From: Candidatus Limnocylindrales bacterium
Lineage (GTDB): Bacteria > Chloroflexota > Limnocylindria > Limnocylindrales > CSP1-4
Direction: 5' to 3'
Assembly (NCBI GenBank): GCA_050008515.1
Contig: JBEKMM010000004.1
Location: 83,343 to 147,342 of the forward strand
Length of the DNA: 64,000 nt
In this document: piece by piece, positions 1-9,737 of the stretch
Layout: each line of letters begins with the position of its first letter
How positions within the stretch are numbered: position 1 is the first letter of the stretch
Position numbers and translations under genes: made by a program
Notes under the pieces: model-generated
Told to the model about the DNA's origin: nothing
Databases searched by the model: none
The model's input: only the letters and a program-made list of their open reading frames with translations

Positions 1-1
1 G

Positions 2-403
2 AAGGGCACGCTCTGGGTTCGCCTGAACCAGATCGTCATGGTCGCGGAGCGCGGCGTCATCTCTGCTCCGCGCCCGGGCGCCCCGGTCGTCCAGAAGGAG
101 CGCCGCAAGGCCACGATCGTCACGCCCGGCTACAGCCTGCGCGGCAACCTCCACGTCCACACGTATGGCTCGATGAAGCAGTTCCTCGAGTCTCCGGACC
201 CGCATTTCCTCCCGATCACGGAGCTGACGATCCGCTGGACGAGCGACCCCGCTCTGGTCAGCCGATGCCCGTTCGCCCTCGTGAACCGAGAGCAGCTGAT
301 CTCCCTGCTCGACGAGCCCGCAACGCCGGCGGGCGAGGGGTCCCAGTCCGAAGCGGACCAGGAGGCGGAAATGCCGCTGCACCGGAGGTGGGGCGCCGCC
401 TGA
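2..403 (+). CDS. hypothetical protein, 5'-truncated at window edge
   Basis: Reading frame is open from nt 2 (track ORF 38..403 extends upstream in frame); no domain recognised. Confidence 0.3.
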   Translation, partial: KGTLWVRLNQIVMVAERGVISAPRPGAPVVQKERRKATIVTPGYSLRGNLHVHTYGSMKQFLESPDPHFLPITELTIRWTSDPALVSRCPFALVNREQLISLLDEPATPAGEGSQSEADQEAEMPLHRRWGAA

Positions 404-431
404 GGCGTCCGACCCACGCTCCTGCGGCTCC

Positions 432-1247
432 TCAGCGCGTGGGCTGCGTGGGCAGCTGCCGGCGCACCTGGACCACTCGCTTCATCTCGAGATCGGCGAC
501 GACCACACCCGGGCCGTCCGGTGCCTGCGCGATGACGACGCCCCACGGATCGACGACCATGCTGCGGCCGTGGGTCGGCACGCCGCCGCCGATGCCGCAC
601 TGCGCCGGCGCGATGACGAAGGCGCCGTTCTCGATCGCCCGGGCGCGCAGCAGCACCTCCCAGTGGTCCCGCCCCGTGGCCTCGGTGAAGTTGGCGGGCA
701 CCGCCAGCACCACCGCCCCCGCGGCCGTCATCTCGCGGTAGAGCTCCGGAAACCTAACGTCGAAGCAGATGCTGAGGCCGATGCGCACGTCCGCTTCCTG
801 GGCCACGCCCTGCATCACCGCCACGACGCTCCGGTCGCCGGGCGTCGTCCGGGCGGACTCGCGGTCGGAGGGGCCGTCGTCGATCGACACGTCGAAGAGG
901 TGCCGCTTGCGATACGTCACGCAGACCTGGCCGGCCGGGTCGAGCAGGACGGAGGTGTTGTACGGGCGCTGGGGGTCGGCCGAGCGTTCGGCCAGGCTGC
1001 CCAGCAAGATCCAAGTGTCGAGCGCGCGAGCCAGCTCGGCGAAGGGCTCGGTCATCGGGCCTGGCATCTCCGTGGCTGAATCTCGCAGGCCTGCGGCGGG
1101 GCCGCGGTACAGGAACATCTCCGGCAGCGCGACCAGCTGCGGGCGCAGCTCGCCGGCCTGCTTGACGAGGGCGACCGCCCGCTCCACGTTCGCGGCCACG
1201 TCTTGGTCGGCGGCGAGCTGGATCAGCGCCACTCGTAGACGGCTCAT
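432..1247 (-). CDS. carbon-nitrogen hydrolase (nitrilase/amidohydrolase superfamily)
   Basis: C-terminal 271 aa of track ORF 432..2093 begins MSRLRVALIQLAADQD. Typical CN-hydrolase fold features (ALPEMF, catalytic Cys region SICFDVRFPE). ATG at 1245-1247; the upstream extension overlaps the HD gene on the other strand. Confidence 0.85.
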   Translation of the reverse strand: MSRLRVALIQLAADQDVAANVERAVALVKQAGELRPQLVALPEMFLYRGPAAGLRDSATEMPGPMTEPFAELARALDTWILLGSLAERSADPQRPYNTSVLLDPAGQVCVTYRKRHLFDVSIDDGPSDRESARTTPGDRSVVAVMQGVAQEADVRIGLSICFDVRFPELYREMTAAGAVVLAVPANFTEATGRDHWEVLLRARAIENGAFVIAPAQCGIGGGVPTHGRSMVVDPWGVVIAQAPDGPGVVVADLEMKRVVQVRRQLPTQPTR

Positions 1248-1334
1248 GGATGCTCCCCTCCCCGATCGCGGTGATGTTCGCGGCCCGTGCCGGCTGGCTT
1301 GCGTCGATGGTACGCTCCCCCCGAGGAGGTTTCC

Positions 1335-1901
1335 ATGACCAGCCCGAGCCGCGCGGATGCGTGGCAGCTCCTGACGGAATGGTCGCCGAGCGAGGCGCTT
1401 CGCAAGCACGGCCTTGCGGTCGAGGCGACGGTGGCGTGGTACGGCGCGAACCGCTTCGCGATCACCGGCTCGGAGCTCGAGACCTGGCGCATCGCCGGCC
1501 TGCTCCACGACTTCGACTACGAGCGCTTCCCCGACACTCACCCTCTGCGCGGCGCCGAAGAGCTGCGGCGTCTCGGCTACCCCGAGGTCGTGGTGGAGTC
1601 CGTCCTGGGCCACGGCGACCACACCGGCGTCCCCCGGACGAGCCTTCTGGCGAAGACCGTCTACGCCTGCGACGAGCTTTCCGGCTTCGTGATTGCCGTG
1701 AGTTACGTTCGGCCGAACCGGAGCCTCGATGAAGTGGACCCGCACGCCGTCGTCAAGAAGATGAAGGACAAAGGCTTCGCCCGCCAGGTCCCCCGCGACC
1801 AGCTGGTGCGCGGCGCCGAGGAGCTCGGGGTCCCGTTCGAGGAACACGTCGCGAACGTGGTGGCGGGGCTCAAGACCATCCGAGAGACGCTCGGCCTCTA
1901 G
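1335..1901 (+). CDS. HD-domain phosphohydrolase family protein
   Basis: GGAGG RBS followed by ATG at 1335. Motifs LLHDFDYERFPDTHPLRG and GHGDHTG are typical of HD-superfamily proteins. Confidence 0.8.
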   Translation: MTSPSRADAWQLLTEWSPSEALRKHGLAVEATVAWYGANRFAITGSELETWRIAGLLHDFDYERFPDTHPLRGAEELRRLGYPEVVVESVLGHGDHTGVPRTSLLAKTVYACDELSGFVIAVSYVRPNRSLDEVDPHAVVKKMKDKGFARQVPRDQLVRGAEELGVPFEEHVANVVAGLKTIRETLGL

Positions 1902-2079
1902 GGCGCGCCGGACATACCCAGCAGATCGCCGGTCCGACGAGCGCAGGCCAAGGCGGCGCAGAGCACCGGAGCGAGCGCACCCAGAGGTGCGTAAGCGAGG
2001 AGCGCAGGCGCCAACGCCGGAATGCGCCGGCTGACCGAGCGAGATGAGCGGCGGCCGCCCCGACGGTCCCCCGGGCGCC
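1902..2079 (+). repeat. intergenic structured repeat element, copy A (family of three in this window)
   Basis: About 85% identical to 36012..36189 and 61857..62010. Terminal inverted repeat ggcgcgccgg/ccgggcgcc and a conserved internal hairpin cgcacc-N4-ggtgcg. Confidence 0.7.
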
Positions 2080-2216
2080 TCCAACCGGCACATCGAACCA
2101 GCCTCCCTGCGGTGTTGCCAGGACGCACCCCGGCAGTGGAGGCTTCGGCCCCGGACCGGGGGTCTTGAGGCGGAGCGGAGGTCGCGGACCGGCGGCGGGG
2201 CCGGCGGAGCTTGCGG

Positions 2217-2732
2217 TCAGGCGCGGTTGGCGACGACCCGAACGCCCGGGAACGCCACGGCTTCGTCGTCGCTGGCGCGGACCCAATCAACGAGGTCCCG
2301 GTTCACGATCAAGGTGCCCACGTCCCGCAGGGCCAAGGCCCCTCGCGTGGCAAACCCGAGCGTGGCGTCGGATAGCGGAATCATCGGGCCGCGCGCCGTC
2401 AGGTACGGCAGCGGCATCTGACCCGGCGCGGCGTGCAGCAGGCCCAGGGCGCTGTACGGGCCGATCTGGACCTGCAGCCTGTGGCGGACGGTGTTGATGC
2501 GGAGCGCCCCCTCGCCTCTGGCGCCGGATGTCTCGACCGCGTACAGGATCGAGCGATTCACCTCGCCGTCACCCAGGTTGACGACCGTGTCGTCTTCGAA
2601 GCTCTCGACGTAGGCCTCGCGGATGACGACCGACTCGGTGCGATTCAGGAGGTCCGTGAGGCGCTCGCCCTCGCACTCGACGTAGCCGATGAAGCGGCGA
2701 CCCAGGGCGTACCCGATGAACGGGATGAGCAC
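2217..2732 (-). CDS. hypothetical protein
   Basis: Track ORF 2217..2774. Probable GTG start (VLIPFIGY) 5 nt after an AGGAG. No recognised domain. Confidence 0.4.
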   Translation of the reverse strand: MLIPFIGYALGRRFIGYVECEGERLTDLLNRTESVVIREAYVESFEDDTVVNLGDGEVNRSILYAVETSGARGEGALRINTVRHRLQVQIGPYSALGLLHAAPGQMPLPYLTARGPMIPLSDATLGFATRGALALRDVGTLIVNRDLVDWVRASDDEAVAFPGVRVVANRA

Positions 2733-2905
2733 GGAGGCTCCTGCTGCTCGAGGTGGGGGGCCGGGCCGGGCCATATGTGCGACCCCGCGAGGTTACCGCG
2801 ACCCCTCCGCCACTCCACCCCCACATAAGTACGGGTGGCGCGTCTGCGCACCATGCGGGGTACGTACTCTGGCGGAGAGTCTTGCCCTTGGGCCCGACGC
2901 CGGTC

Positions 2906-4039
2906 CTACCCGTTACGCAAACCGCTGGTGTCCACCACCTCGAAGTCGGCGCCGGTCAAGGTCTGCAGGCGGTGCAGCTCGTCGTCGTTCCAGCGCGTGT
3001 TCGGCTCGCCGGTGATGTACCACGGGGCGCCGTTGTCGGCCAGGATCATGCCATAGCGCTTGAGCGCGGTCAGGACGACGCGCGCCTGCGGCCCGAAGCT
3101 CGAGATGTTGACCGAGGCCTTGAGCCGAACCCGCAGCCCCATCGGCGGGAGGTTCGAGCAGGGATCGGCGGTCAGATGGCGGGCCGGGTAAATGTAGCCG
3201 CAGGTGTCCGGGGCGGTGAATCGGATGGCGTGGCGGATGGCGCCCGACTGCACCTCGGCGTAGAGGCCGAGCCCCGGCAGGATGGGCAGCCCGGCCGCGT
3301 CGGCGCTGGTCCAGCCGGCGGGTCGCAGGGCGTTCGACCGAAGGCTCCAGATTGCGCCCGAACCGGCGTGCCAGCTCGAGCCCGACTTGCGGACGTCGTA
3401 CAGCTCGTACAGGCGGCAGGCGCTCCTGTCGAGCATGAGCATGTGGCGATCGGACCCCTTCTCGATCCTGGGGTTGGCAGGGATCGGATACGGCCCGGCG
3501 TCCGACTCGTCGGCATACTGGAAGCCGACGGTGTACTTGGGCGTGCTCGAGGTCACGACGTTGAAGGGGATGCCGTCGCCGATGGCGTCGAAGTCCGGAT
3601 GCAGGTAGTCCGACCGGCCGATGGCGTCGACCATGGCCGCCGAATTGGCCGCGACCGGCAGGCTCGAGATGTCCCTGTTCCAGACGTTCGAGGACGGGAA
3701 GATCGGGCACGGAGCCGGAGTGGCCGCCGGGGTGCGCGTCGCGGTCTGAGTGCTTGTCGCGACCCGCGTGGCCACCGGAGTCACGAGCAGGCTAGGCGCG
3801 GGGCTGCCGCCCTCGGTCGGGGACTGCGATACGCTCGCGCCGAGGCTCGCGGCGGCGAGGGCCCCGGCACTGTCGATCGGGCCCGAGGCGTCGGAGGTGG
3901 CGGCTGCGCCTATGTCCGGCGCGCCGGGGCTTCCGGCCGGGCTCGCGGCGAGCGGCCCGAGCTGGACGACGACGAAGGCGGCGATGAGCAAGCCGGCGGC
4001 GCCGGTCACCAGGAGGGGGAGCGAGCGATCTTTGCGCAT
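2906..4039 (-). CDS. secreted or membrane-anchored hypothetical protein with Ala/Thr/Pro-rich linker
   Basis: N-terminal hydrophobic segment LPLLVTGAAGLLIAAFVVVQL, then a low-complexity linker and a roughly 250-aa globular C-terminal domain. Family not recognised. Confidence 0.6.
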   Translation of the reverse strand: MRKDRSLPLLVTGAAGLLIAAFVVVQLGPLAASPAGSPGAPDIGAAATSDASGPIDSAGALAAASLGASVSQSPTEGGSPAPSLLVTPVATRVATSTQTATRTPAATPAPCPIFPSSNVWNRDISSLPVAANSAAMVDAIGRSDYLHPDFDAIGDGIPFNVVTSSTPKYTVGFQYADESDAGPYPIPANPRIEKGSDRHMLMLDRSACRLYELYDVRKSGSSWHAGSGAIWSLRSNALRPAGWTSADAAGLPILPGLGLYAEVQSGAIRHAIRFTAPDTCGYIYPARHLTADPCSNLPPMGLRVRLKASVNISSFGPQARVVLTALKRYGMILADNGAPWYITGEPNTRWNDDELHRLQTLTGADFEVVDTSGLRNG

Positions 4040-4167
4040 GCGGCGATCCTACGAGCCGCCGCCTGCGTTGGCTCACGCCGAACGTCCCGGCGGGCCGATC
4101 AATCCGTACGGAACCAAGACACGCCGTACGGAACCCCGACACGCTGGTCGGGGAAGCGTGCTGCCCG

Positions 4168-5091
4168 TCAGCCCTTGATGGCTCCGCTGAGACCGCCGCC
4201 CCGCAGGAACATACGCTGGAAGATGAGGAACAGCGCGATCGGGAACAATGTCGCGATCGCCAGGGACGCGAGGAAGAGGTCGAGCTGAATGCCCCTCTCG
4301 AGGGTCGGGAGTCGCACCGAGAGCGGCTGGTTGGCCGGAGTCGGCAACACCAGCATCGGCCACAGGTAGTCCTTCCACGTCGCAATCACGGCGAAGACAG
4401 ACACGACGCCCAGGATCGGGCGCGACAGCGGCAGGACGATCGACCAGAAGAGGCGGAACGGGCCGGCGCCATCGACCCGTGCCGCCTCGAAGATCTCGCG
4501 GGGCAGGTTGTCGAAGAACCGCTTGATGATCACGACGTTGAACGCGCTGGCCCCCGCCGGCAGCCACACCGCCCAAAACGTGTCGAGCAGCTTGATGTTC
4601 ACCAGCGGCATGTCCAGGACGGTCAGGTAGAGAGGAACCAGCAAGACGATCGAGGGGACGAACAGAGTGGCCAGCACCAATCCATACAGGAGACGCGTGC
4701 CCCTGGGTCGCAATACCGAAAGAGCATAACCGGCAGTCGTCGCGACAGTGATCTGGCACATCCAAGATCCCACGGCGATCCAGACCGTGTTCATGAAGTA
4801 GCGTTCGATGTGGACCTTCGTGAAAGCCTGGGTCAGAAGGCTCAGGTCGAAGCCGTTGGGCCACAGCGCCATCGGCTGTCGCAACGTGTCCTGGGTCGGG
4901 GTGATGGCCGCCTTGGCCAGCCACAGGATCGGACCCAATCCAACGATGATCAGCAGGATCAGAGTCAGCACGTGGACCGTCTGGACAGTCCAGCGGATCC
5001 TCCGGCGATGCCAATCCGCCAGCGAAACGATGCCGCGCTGCTCGGCCGGAGGAGCCTTTCGACCCACCCGGGAAGGAAGGGACAGCTTCAT
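4168..5091 (-). CDS. carbohydrate ABC transporter permease (MalG-like)
   Basis: Starts MKLSLPS at 5089-5091. Six TM segments and the EAA-type loop (FDNLPREIFEAARVDGAG). 4-nt overlap with the upstream permease. Confidence 0.9.
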   Translation of the reverse strand: MKLSLPSRVGRKAPPAEQRGIVSLADWHRRRIRWTVQTVHVLTLILLIIVGLGPILWLAKAAITPTQDTLRQPMALWPNGFDLSLLTQAFTKVHIERYFMNTVWIAVGSWMCQITVATTAGYALSVLRPRGTRLLYGLVLATLFVPSIVLLVPLYLTVLDMPLVNIKLLDTFWAVWLPAGASAFNVVIIKRFFDNLPREIFEAARVDGAGPFRLFWSIVLPLSRPILGVVSVFAVIATWKDYLWPMLVLPTPANQPLSVRLPTLERGIQLDLFLASLAIATLFPIALFLIFQRMFLRGGGLSGAIKG

Positions 5092-6035
5092 GATGTGGTG
5101 CTCCACGACCGGGTGAGCCAGAAGTAGACCGCGGTGAATACGCCGAGGAATGCCGCCAGCATCAGGCTCAGCGCGGCAGCCTCTCCGAAGTGGCCACCGA
5201 GACTGCTCCCGAAGGCGTACTGGTATATCAGAAGCAGAACGGTCGTCGTCGCGTTGCCCGGGCCTCCCTCCGTCAGCAGGAAGGGCTCCGTGAAGACCTG
5301 GGCCGTGGCGATCAGCTGAAGGATCAGCGTGATGAACAGAATCCCTCGCAGGTGCGGCAGGGTCACGTACCGGATCTTCTGCAAGATCGAAGCCCCATCG
5401 ACCTCGGCCGCGTCGTAGAGCTCCGGTGGGACGCTGAGAAGCGCCGCGAGGTAGATGATCACGGTTCCGCCGAAGGCAGCCCAGGTCGCCTCCACCACTA
5501 TCGATGGCATCGCCATTGCGGCGTCCCCGAGCCATTGGACCGGCCCGAGCCCGACGACGCCAAGGATGGAGTTGAAGGCTCCGTTGGATCCGCCCTTGTA
5601 GAAGACCTTCCACAGGAGCACGGCAACGACGGGCGGAACGACCACTGGCAGATAAGCCAGGGCGCTGTAGAGGCTCCTGAAGCGGCGCGTCTCGCTCATG
5701 ATCACCGCCAGCACGAGCGGCATCGGGTAGCCGAAGATCAGCGCCAGAAGAGCGAAGTAGGCCGTGTTGGCGACGGCCGTGCCAAAGAGCGGATCCCCCA
5801 GGACGTTGGCGAAGTTGTCCAGGCCCACGAAGGTGGGCGTCGAGACGAGGTTGGTCTCCTGAACGCTCATGACGAACGACCGGAGGATCGGGAACCAGGA
5901 GAAGATCCCGAAAATCAATAGCAACGGCAGCAGAAAGGCCAGCGTGCTGAGTCCGTCTCTGCTGACCCAGGTCAGCGGACCACGGCGCTTGCGCACACCG
6001 CTCGCGGCAACTGCCGGTTCAGCCCGAGAGCTCAT
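5088..6035 (-). CDS. carbohydrate ABC transporter permease (MalF-like)
   Basis: MSSRAEP start. Motifs TLPHLRGILFITLILQLIATAQVFTEPF and EAA loop DAAEVDGAS. Confidence 0.9.
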   Translation of the reverse strand: MSSRAEPAVAASGVRKRRGPLTWVSRDGLSTLAFLLPLLLIFGIFSWFPILRSFVMSVQETNLVSTPTFVGLDNFANVLGDPLFGTAVANTAYFALLALIFGYPMPLVLAVIMSETRRFRSLYSALAYLPVVVPPVVAVLLWKVFYKGGSNGAFNSILGVVGLGPVQWLGDAAMAMPSIVVEATWAAFGGTVIIYLAALLSVPPELYDAAEVDGASILQKIRYVTLPHLRGILFITLILQLIATAQVFTEPFLLTEGGPGNATTTVLLLIYQYAFGSSLGGHFGEAAALSLMLAAFLGVFTAVYFWLTRSWSTTS

Positions 6036-6153
6036 TCCTGGGCATCTGCCTTTCTGCGCGTCACCCACCACGCTCTTGAGCGTGAGGGCTCTACTCGGAT
6101 CGGAGGTCTCGATGGGGGCCTGGAATGGCGTAGGCCCCCATCGAGGGTGTCGA

Positions 6154-7590
6154 TCAGCCCTTGTCGATGATCGACTGGATCTGCTTGTTCGCCGCGTCGA
6201 GCAGCGCGTTGATGTCAGCGTTCTTGTCGGTCAGGACCTTCTGAACGACGGGGTCGAGAGCCGCATAGAGATCCTGAGTGTTGTAGCGCGGCTCGGTGAC
6301 CAGAGGCTCGCTGAAGATCTTGCTGGTGAAGGGGGTCATCTGGGCCGTGGGGACGTTGATGTAGTCCTTGATCCAGATCTGTGACTGATCGTAGGTAGCC
6401 TTGTCGAAGATCGGGAGAGCCGGGACACCGACGGGCTGATTGTTGGCCTTGAGGGCCTGTGCGTCAGCCACGGCGCCGTCCTGGGTCCGAAGCTTGTTCA
6501 TGTAGTAGAAGTCGATGAAGTCGACCGCCGCATCGCGCTGGGCGTCGGTGGTGAGGACGTTGACCGCGACGAGGTTGCCGCCGCCGAGGACGCCCGCATT
6601 CGGGTCGCTGGCGAGCGGGATGACGGTGATGCCGTAATCGTCGGCCTTGAGGGCGTTGTTCTGCACCATCGCGGTGTAGAGGTCGGAACCGCCAGTGAAC
6701 ATACCGATCTGGCCGGCGGCGAAGTCCTGGTTGATGGTGCCCCAGTTGTAGTCGAACGTGGCGCCCATCGAATTGTCGTCCCAGCGCAGGCCGTGGAGGT
6801 ATGCGAGGGCGGCCTTGGTGTAGGAGTTGTTGAGGGTCGCGGTGACCTTGCCGGTCTTGGGGTCGACGGACTCCATGCGCCCACCCAGAGAGTAGGTCAT
6901 GGTTGTCAGCTGCCAGCCACCGGTGTTCTGAGTGGCCATCTGGGCGAAGCCGGCGACGCCGGTCTTCGAGGCGATGATCTTGGCGTCGGCCTTGACTTCG
7001 TCCCAAGTCGTGGGCGGCTTGTCAGGATCGAGGCCAGCGGCCTTGAACAGAGTGCGGTTGTAGGTCAGCGACATGCCGTACGCCGTGATCGGCACGGCCC
7101 AGATCTTGCCATCGGTGTCCTCGCCGTTGACGAGCACGTTCGGGTTGAACTTGTCGGCATAACCCAGCGCGCGGACGCGGGAGTCGATGTTGACGATCTG
7201 GTGCTGAGCGATCAGGCCCTTGCCGTCGGTGAACGGGATATTGAATACGGTCGGCAGTGTGCCGCCGGCGAGCTGGGCCGTGAAGGTCGGGGCCGTCCAG
7301 TTGTACTCGTTAGGCACGACTGTGACCCAGGGATACTTGGCTTCGAACTGGCTGATCTGAAGGTTCAGGGCATCGGAAGCTTCCTGCGTGGCGCCCGGCC
7401 GCAGCACGCCGACCGAGATGGTGACGGGCTTATGGGTGTCGACGCTCGGGGCCGCGGTCGCGTTGGGCGCGGTGGTGGGAGCGGTTGTCGGGGTGGTGGT
7501 GCTGGTCGAGGAACTGCAAGCGCTCACGGTGAACATGGCCAACGCGACCATCACCAGCGCCTTGGATATGCGATTGGGCTTGGCTCTCAT
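6154..7590 (-). CDS. sugar ABC transporter substrate-binding lipoprotein
   Basis: Start MRAKPNRISKALVMVALAMFTVSAC with lipobox VSAC, a Thr/Pro-rich linker, and a family-1 extracellular solute-binding fold. Confidence 0.9.
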   Translation of the reverse strand: MRAKPNRISKALVMVALAMFTVSACSSSTSTTTPTTAPTTAPNATAAPSVDTHKPVTISVGVLRPGATQEASDALNLQISQFEAKYPWVTVVPNEYNWTAPTFTAQLAGGTLPTVFNIPFTDGKGLIAQHQIVNIDSRVRALGYADKFNPNVLVNGEDTDGKIWAVPITAYGMSLTYNRTLFKAAGLDPDKPPTTWDEVKADAKIIASKTGVAGFAQMATQNTGGWQLTTMTYSLGGRMESVDPKTGKVTATLNNSYTKAALAYLHGLRWDDNSMGATFDYNWGTINQDFAAGQIGMFTGGSDLYTAMVQNNALKADDYGITVIPLASDPNAGVLGGGNLVAVNVLTTDAQRDAAVDFIDFYYMNKLRTQDGAVADAQALKANNQPVGVPALPIFDKATYDQSQIWIKDYINVPTAQMTPFTSKIFSEPLVTEPRYNTQDLYAALDPVVQKVLTDKNADINALLDAANKQIQSIIDKG

Positions 7591-7683
7591 TTGCTCACTC
7601 ACTCTAGGTTTGTCGCTCAATTGCCCTTGTCGTCTGAGCTGAAAGATCCCCTTGGAGAGCGTGTCTGGGCCGTCACACCATCC

Positions 7684-9439
7684 TCATTCTCCCTCCACTG
7701 TCGGGAACCGGAGGAATCGGTCCTCGGTTAGGGGCCGGTCGGGGCGCAACCAAGCGGTGGCGTCCGACGGCAGTAGTCCACCCGTCAGGTCGGCGCTGGC
7801 AAGCAGCACGGATGCGCCGGCGGGCAATTCGATGGGGGCGCGAGAGAGGTTGGCGATGCAGACGAAACTCTCGCCCCGCCCAAAGGCGAGCACTTCGTCG
7901 GCCGAGAGTAGCCATCGCAGATCGCCGCCGGCCAGGTCCGGGTCGCTCCGCCGGATGCGCAGCATCCTTCGATACAGGCTGAGCATCGAGGCCGAATCTC
8001 TCTGCTCCGCCTCGACGGTCAATTCCGCCCAGTGGCTCGGTTGGGGCAACCAGGGCTCGGCTGTGGCGCCGGCCGGGCTGAAGCCGAAGGGCTGATTGGA
8101 TCCGGCCCACGGCAGCGGGACGCGGCATCCGTCCCGGCCTGGATCTGCGCCACCGGAACGGTGATACATCGGGTCCTGCCGCTGTTCGGCGGGCAGGTCC
8201 TGGACCTCGTCGAGGCCCAGCTCTTCGCCCTGGTAGATGTACAAGGAGCCCGGCAGGGCGGCACACAGCAACGCGGCCGCTCTCGCTCGCTTCCGACCGA
8301 GTTCCAGATCCGTCGGAATGCCAGCCCGCTTCGTGGCGAAGGCAAACGCGGTGTCCTCCTGGCCGTATCTGGTCACGGGCCGGGTGACGTCGTGATTGGA
8401 CAGCACCCACGTGGGCGGCGCGCCGACCGGCGCGTGCGCGGCCAGCGTGCTGTCGATCGACGCCTTCAAACTGGCCGCATCCCAGGCCCGAGCCAGGAAG
8501 TCGAAGTTGAAGGCCGTGTGAAGCTCATCGGCGCGCAGGTACTTGGTGAAGCGGTCGATGTCCGGAAGCCAGATCTCCCCGACCAGAATCCGGGTGTCGG
8601 GATAGGAATCCGCCACGGACCGCCAGCGGCGGTATATCTCGTGCAGCTCGTCCCGATCCGTGTTGGGATGCTCACCGGGCCCGGGCTCCGCCGGCACCTC
8701 AGGCAGCGCCGGGTCCTTCACCAACAGGGCCGCCGAATCGACACGAACACCAGCCACTCCACGGTCGAACCAGAAGCGGAGCACAGCCTCGTGCTCGGCC
8801 CGAACGTCGGGGTGGCTCCAGTTCAGGTCGGGCTGCTGAGCCGAGAAGAGATGGAGGTACCACTCGCCTGGAGTGCCGTCCGGGTTCTGCGTCCGTGTCC
8901 AAGTCGGGCCCGAGAAGTTGGACACCCACCCATTGGGCATCTCGTTGCCATCTTCGCCCCGGCCAGGGTGGAACCAGAACCTCGCCCGTTCCGGCGAGCC
9001 CGGGCCCGAGGCAAGGGCCGCCTGGAACCACGGGTGCTGATCCGAAACGTGATTCGGGACGATGTCGACGATGGTCCGGATGCCCAGGCTTCGGGCTTCC
9101 GATATGAGCCGCTCCGCCTCGTCGAGCGACCCGAAGGACGGGTCGATGGCTCGGTAGTCCGCGACGTCGTATCCGCCGTCGGCAAGCGGCGATACGTACC
9201 AGGGAGTGAACCAGATGGCATCGACTCCCAGATCCACCAGGTACTGCAGCCGCGTCCGCACGCCAGTGAGGTCGCCGATGCCGTCGCCATTGCCGTCCGC
9301 GAAGCTCCGGACGTAGACCTGGTAGATGACGGCGCGCCGCCACCACTGGTCGTCCGCGTCCGATGCCCTGCGAGGCCACCCCTCCGGGTCGGCCGTGGTC
9401 CGCGGTGAAGCTGCGCCTGCGAGGAGCTCGTCGGTCACT
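7684..9439 (-). CDS. alpha-glucosidase / oligo-1,6-glucosidase family (GH13)
   Basis: GH13 conserved regions: WWRRAVIYQVYVRSF, DGIGDL, GIRTIVDIVPNHVS, GVRVDSAALL, EIWLPD, FNFDFL. Start uncertain: GTG near 9439 proposed, and the ORF upstream of it looks non-coding. Confidence 0.85.
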
Positions 9440-9737
9440 GGATCTGTGCTCCGGTCGGGCGGCCGGTGTCTCACCTGGAGCGCATCCGGAGGCCGCCTGG
9501 GGCAAAGTACACTATCGGACAGATCTGCGCAATATCTTGACAGTAGATCTTTTGTTCTATGTGCGCGCCCTGCAACTAGTTGACGATACCCGTCCTGCTG
9601 AGCCCGCTCGACTCGCGAACGCGCGCGCGGGACAGCTGGGACGTGGCGGCCGACGACAACGCAAAGGGCGAGCCGCATCGGCTGCCGCCCTCGTCCGGTG
9701 TCCGGAAAGGGCGCGACTCAGGCCGAGCCGGCGAGCC
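9440..9737 (-). promoter_or_regulatory. promoter/operator region of the alpha-glucoside operon
   Basis: Only AT-richer stretch in the locus (9480-9600), between the lacI-family gene and the glucosidase. Contains a TTGACA-like hexamer and repeated AGATCT palindromes. No precise operator called. Confidence 0.3.

Noticed and set aside
404-470. Possible fourth, inverted partial copy of the structured repeat
   Set aside because: The resemblance is limited to a short gctcctgcg...ctc...gcg stretch. It lacks the terminal stems and the conserved hairpin.
1248-2093. N-terminal 280-aa extension of the CN-hydrolase ORF (track 432..2093)
   Set aside because: It overlaps the HD-domain gene on the opposite strand and runs through repeat copy A. 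The hydrolase homology starts at MSRLRVALIQ (ATG 1245-1247).
1898-2290. Conserved peptide LAPALLAYAPLGALAPVLCAALACARRTGDL... seen in minus-strand ORFs at 1898..2290, 35946..36131 and 61800..62015
   Set aside because: The similarity is a by-product of the three nucleotide repeat copies. Copies differ by compensatory stem changes and loop variation rather than by a synonymous pattern, so an RNA or DNA element is more likely than a protein.
2753-4288. 511-aa plus-strand ORF
   Set aside because: It is antisense to the secreted-protein gene 2906..4039. It has extreme Arg/Gly/Ala composition and no homology.
8032-9408. 458-aa plus-strand ORF
   Set aside because: It is antisense to the GH13 alpha-glucosidase gene, whose conserved catalytic regions are clear. 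The sequence is low-complexity and Arg-rich.
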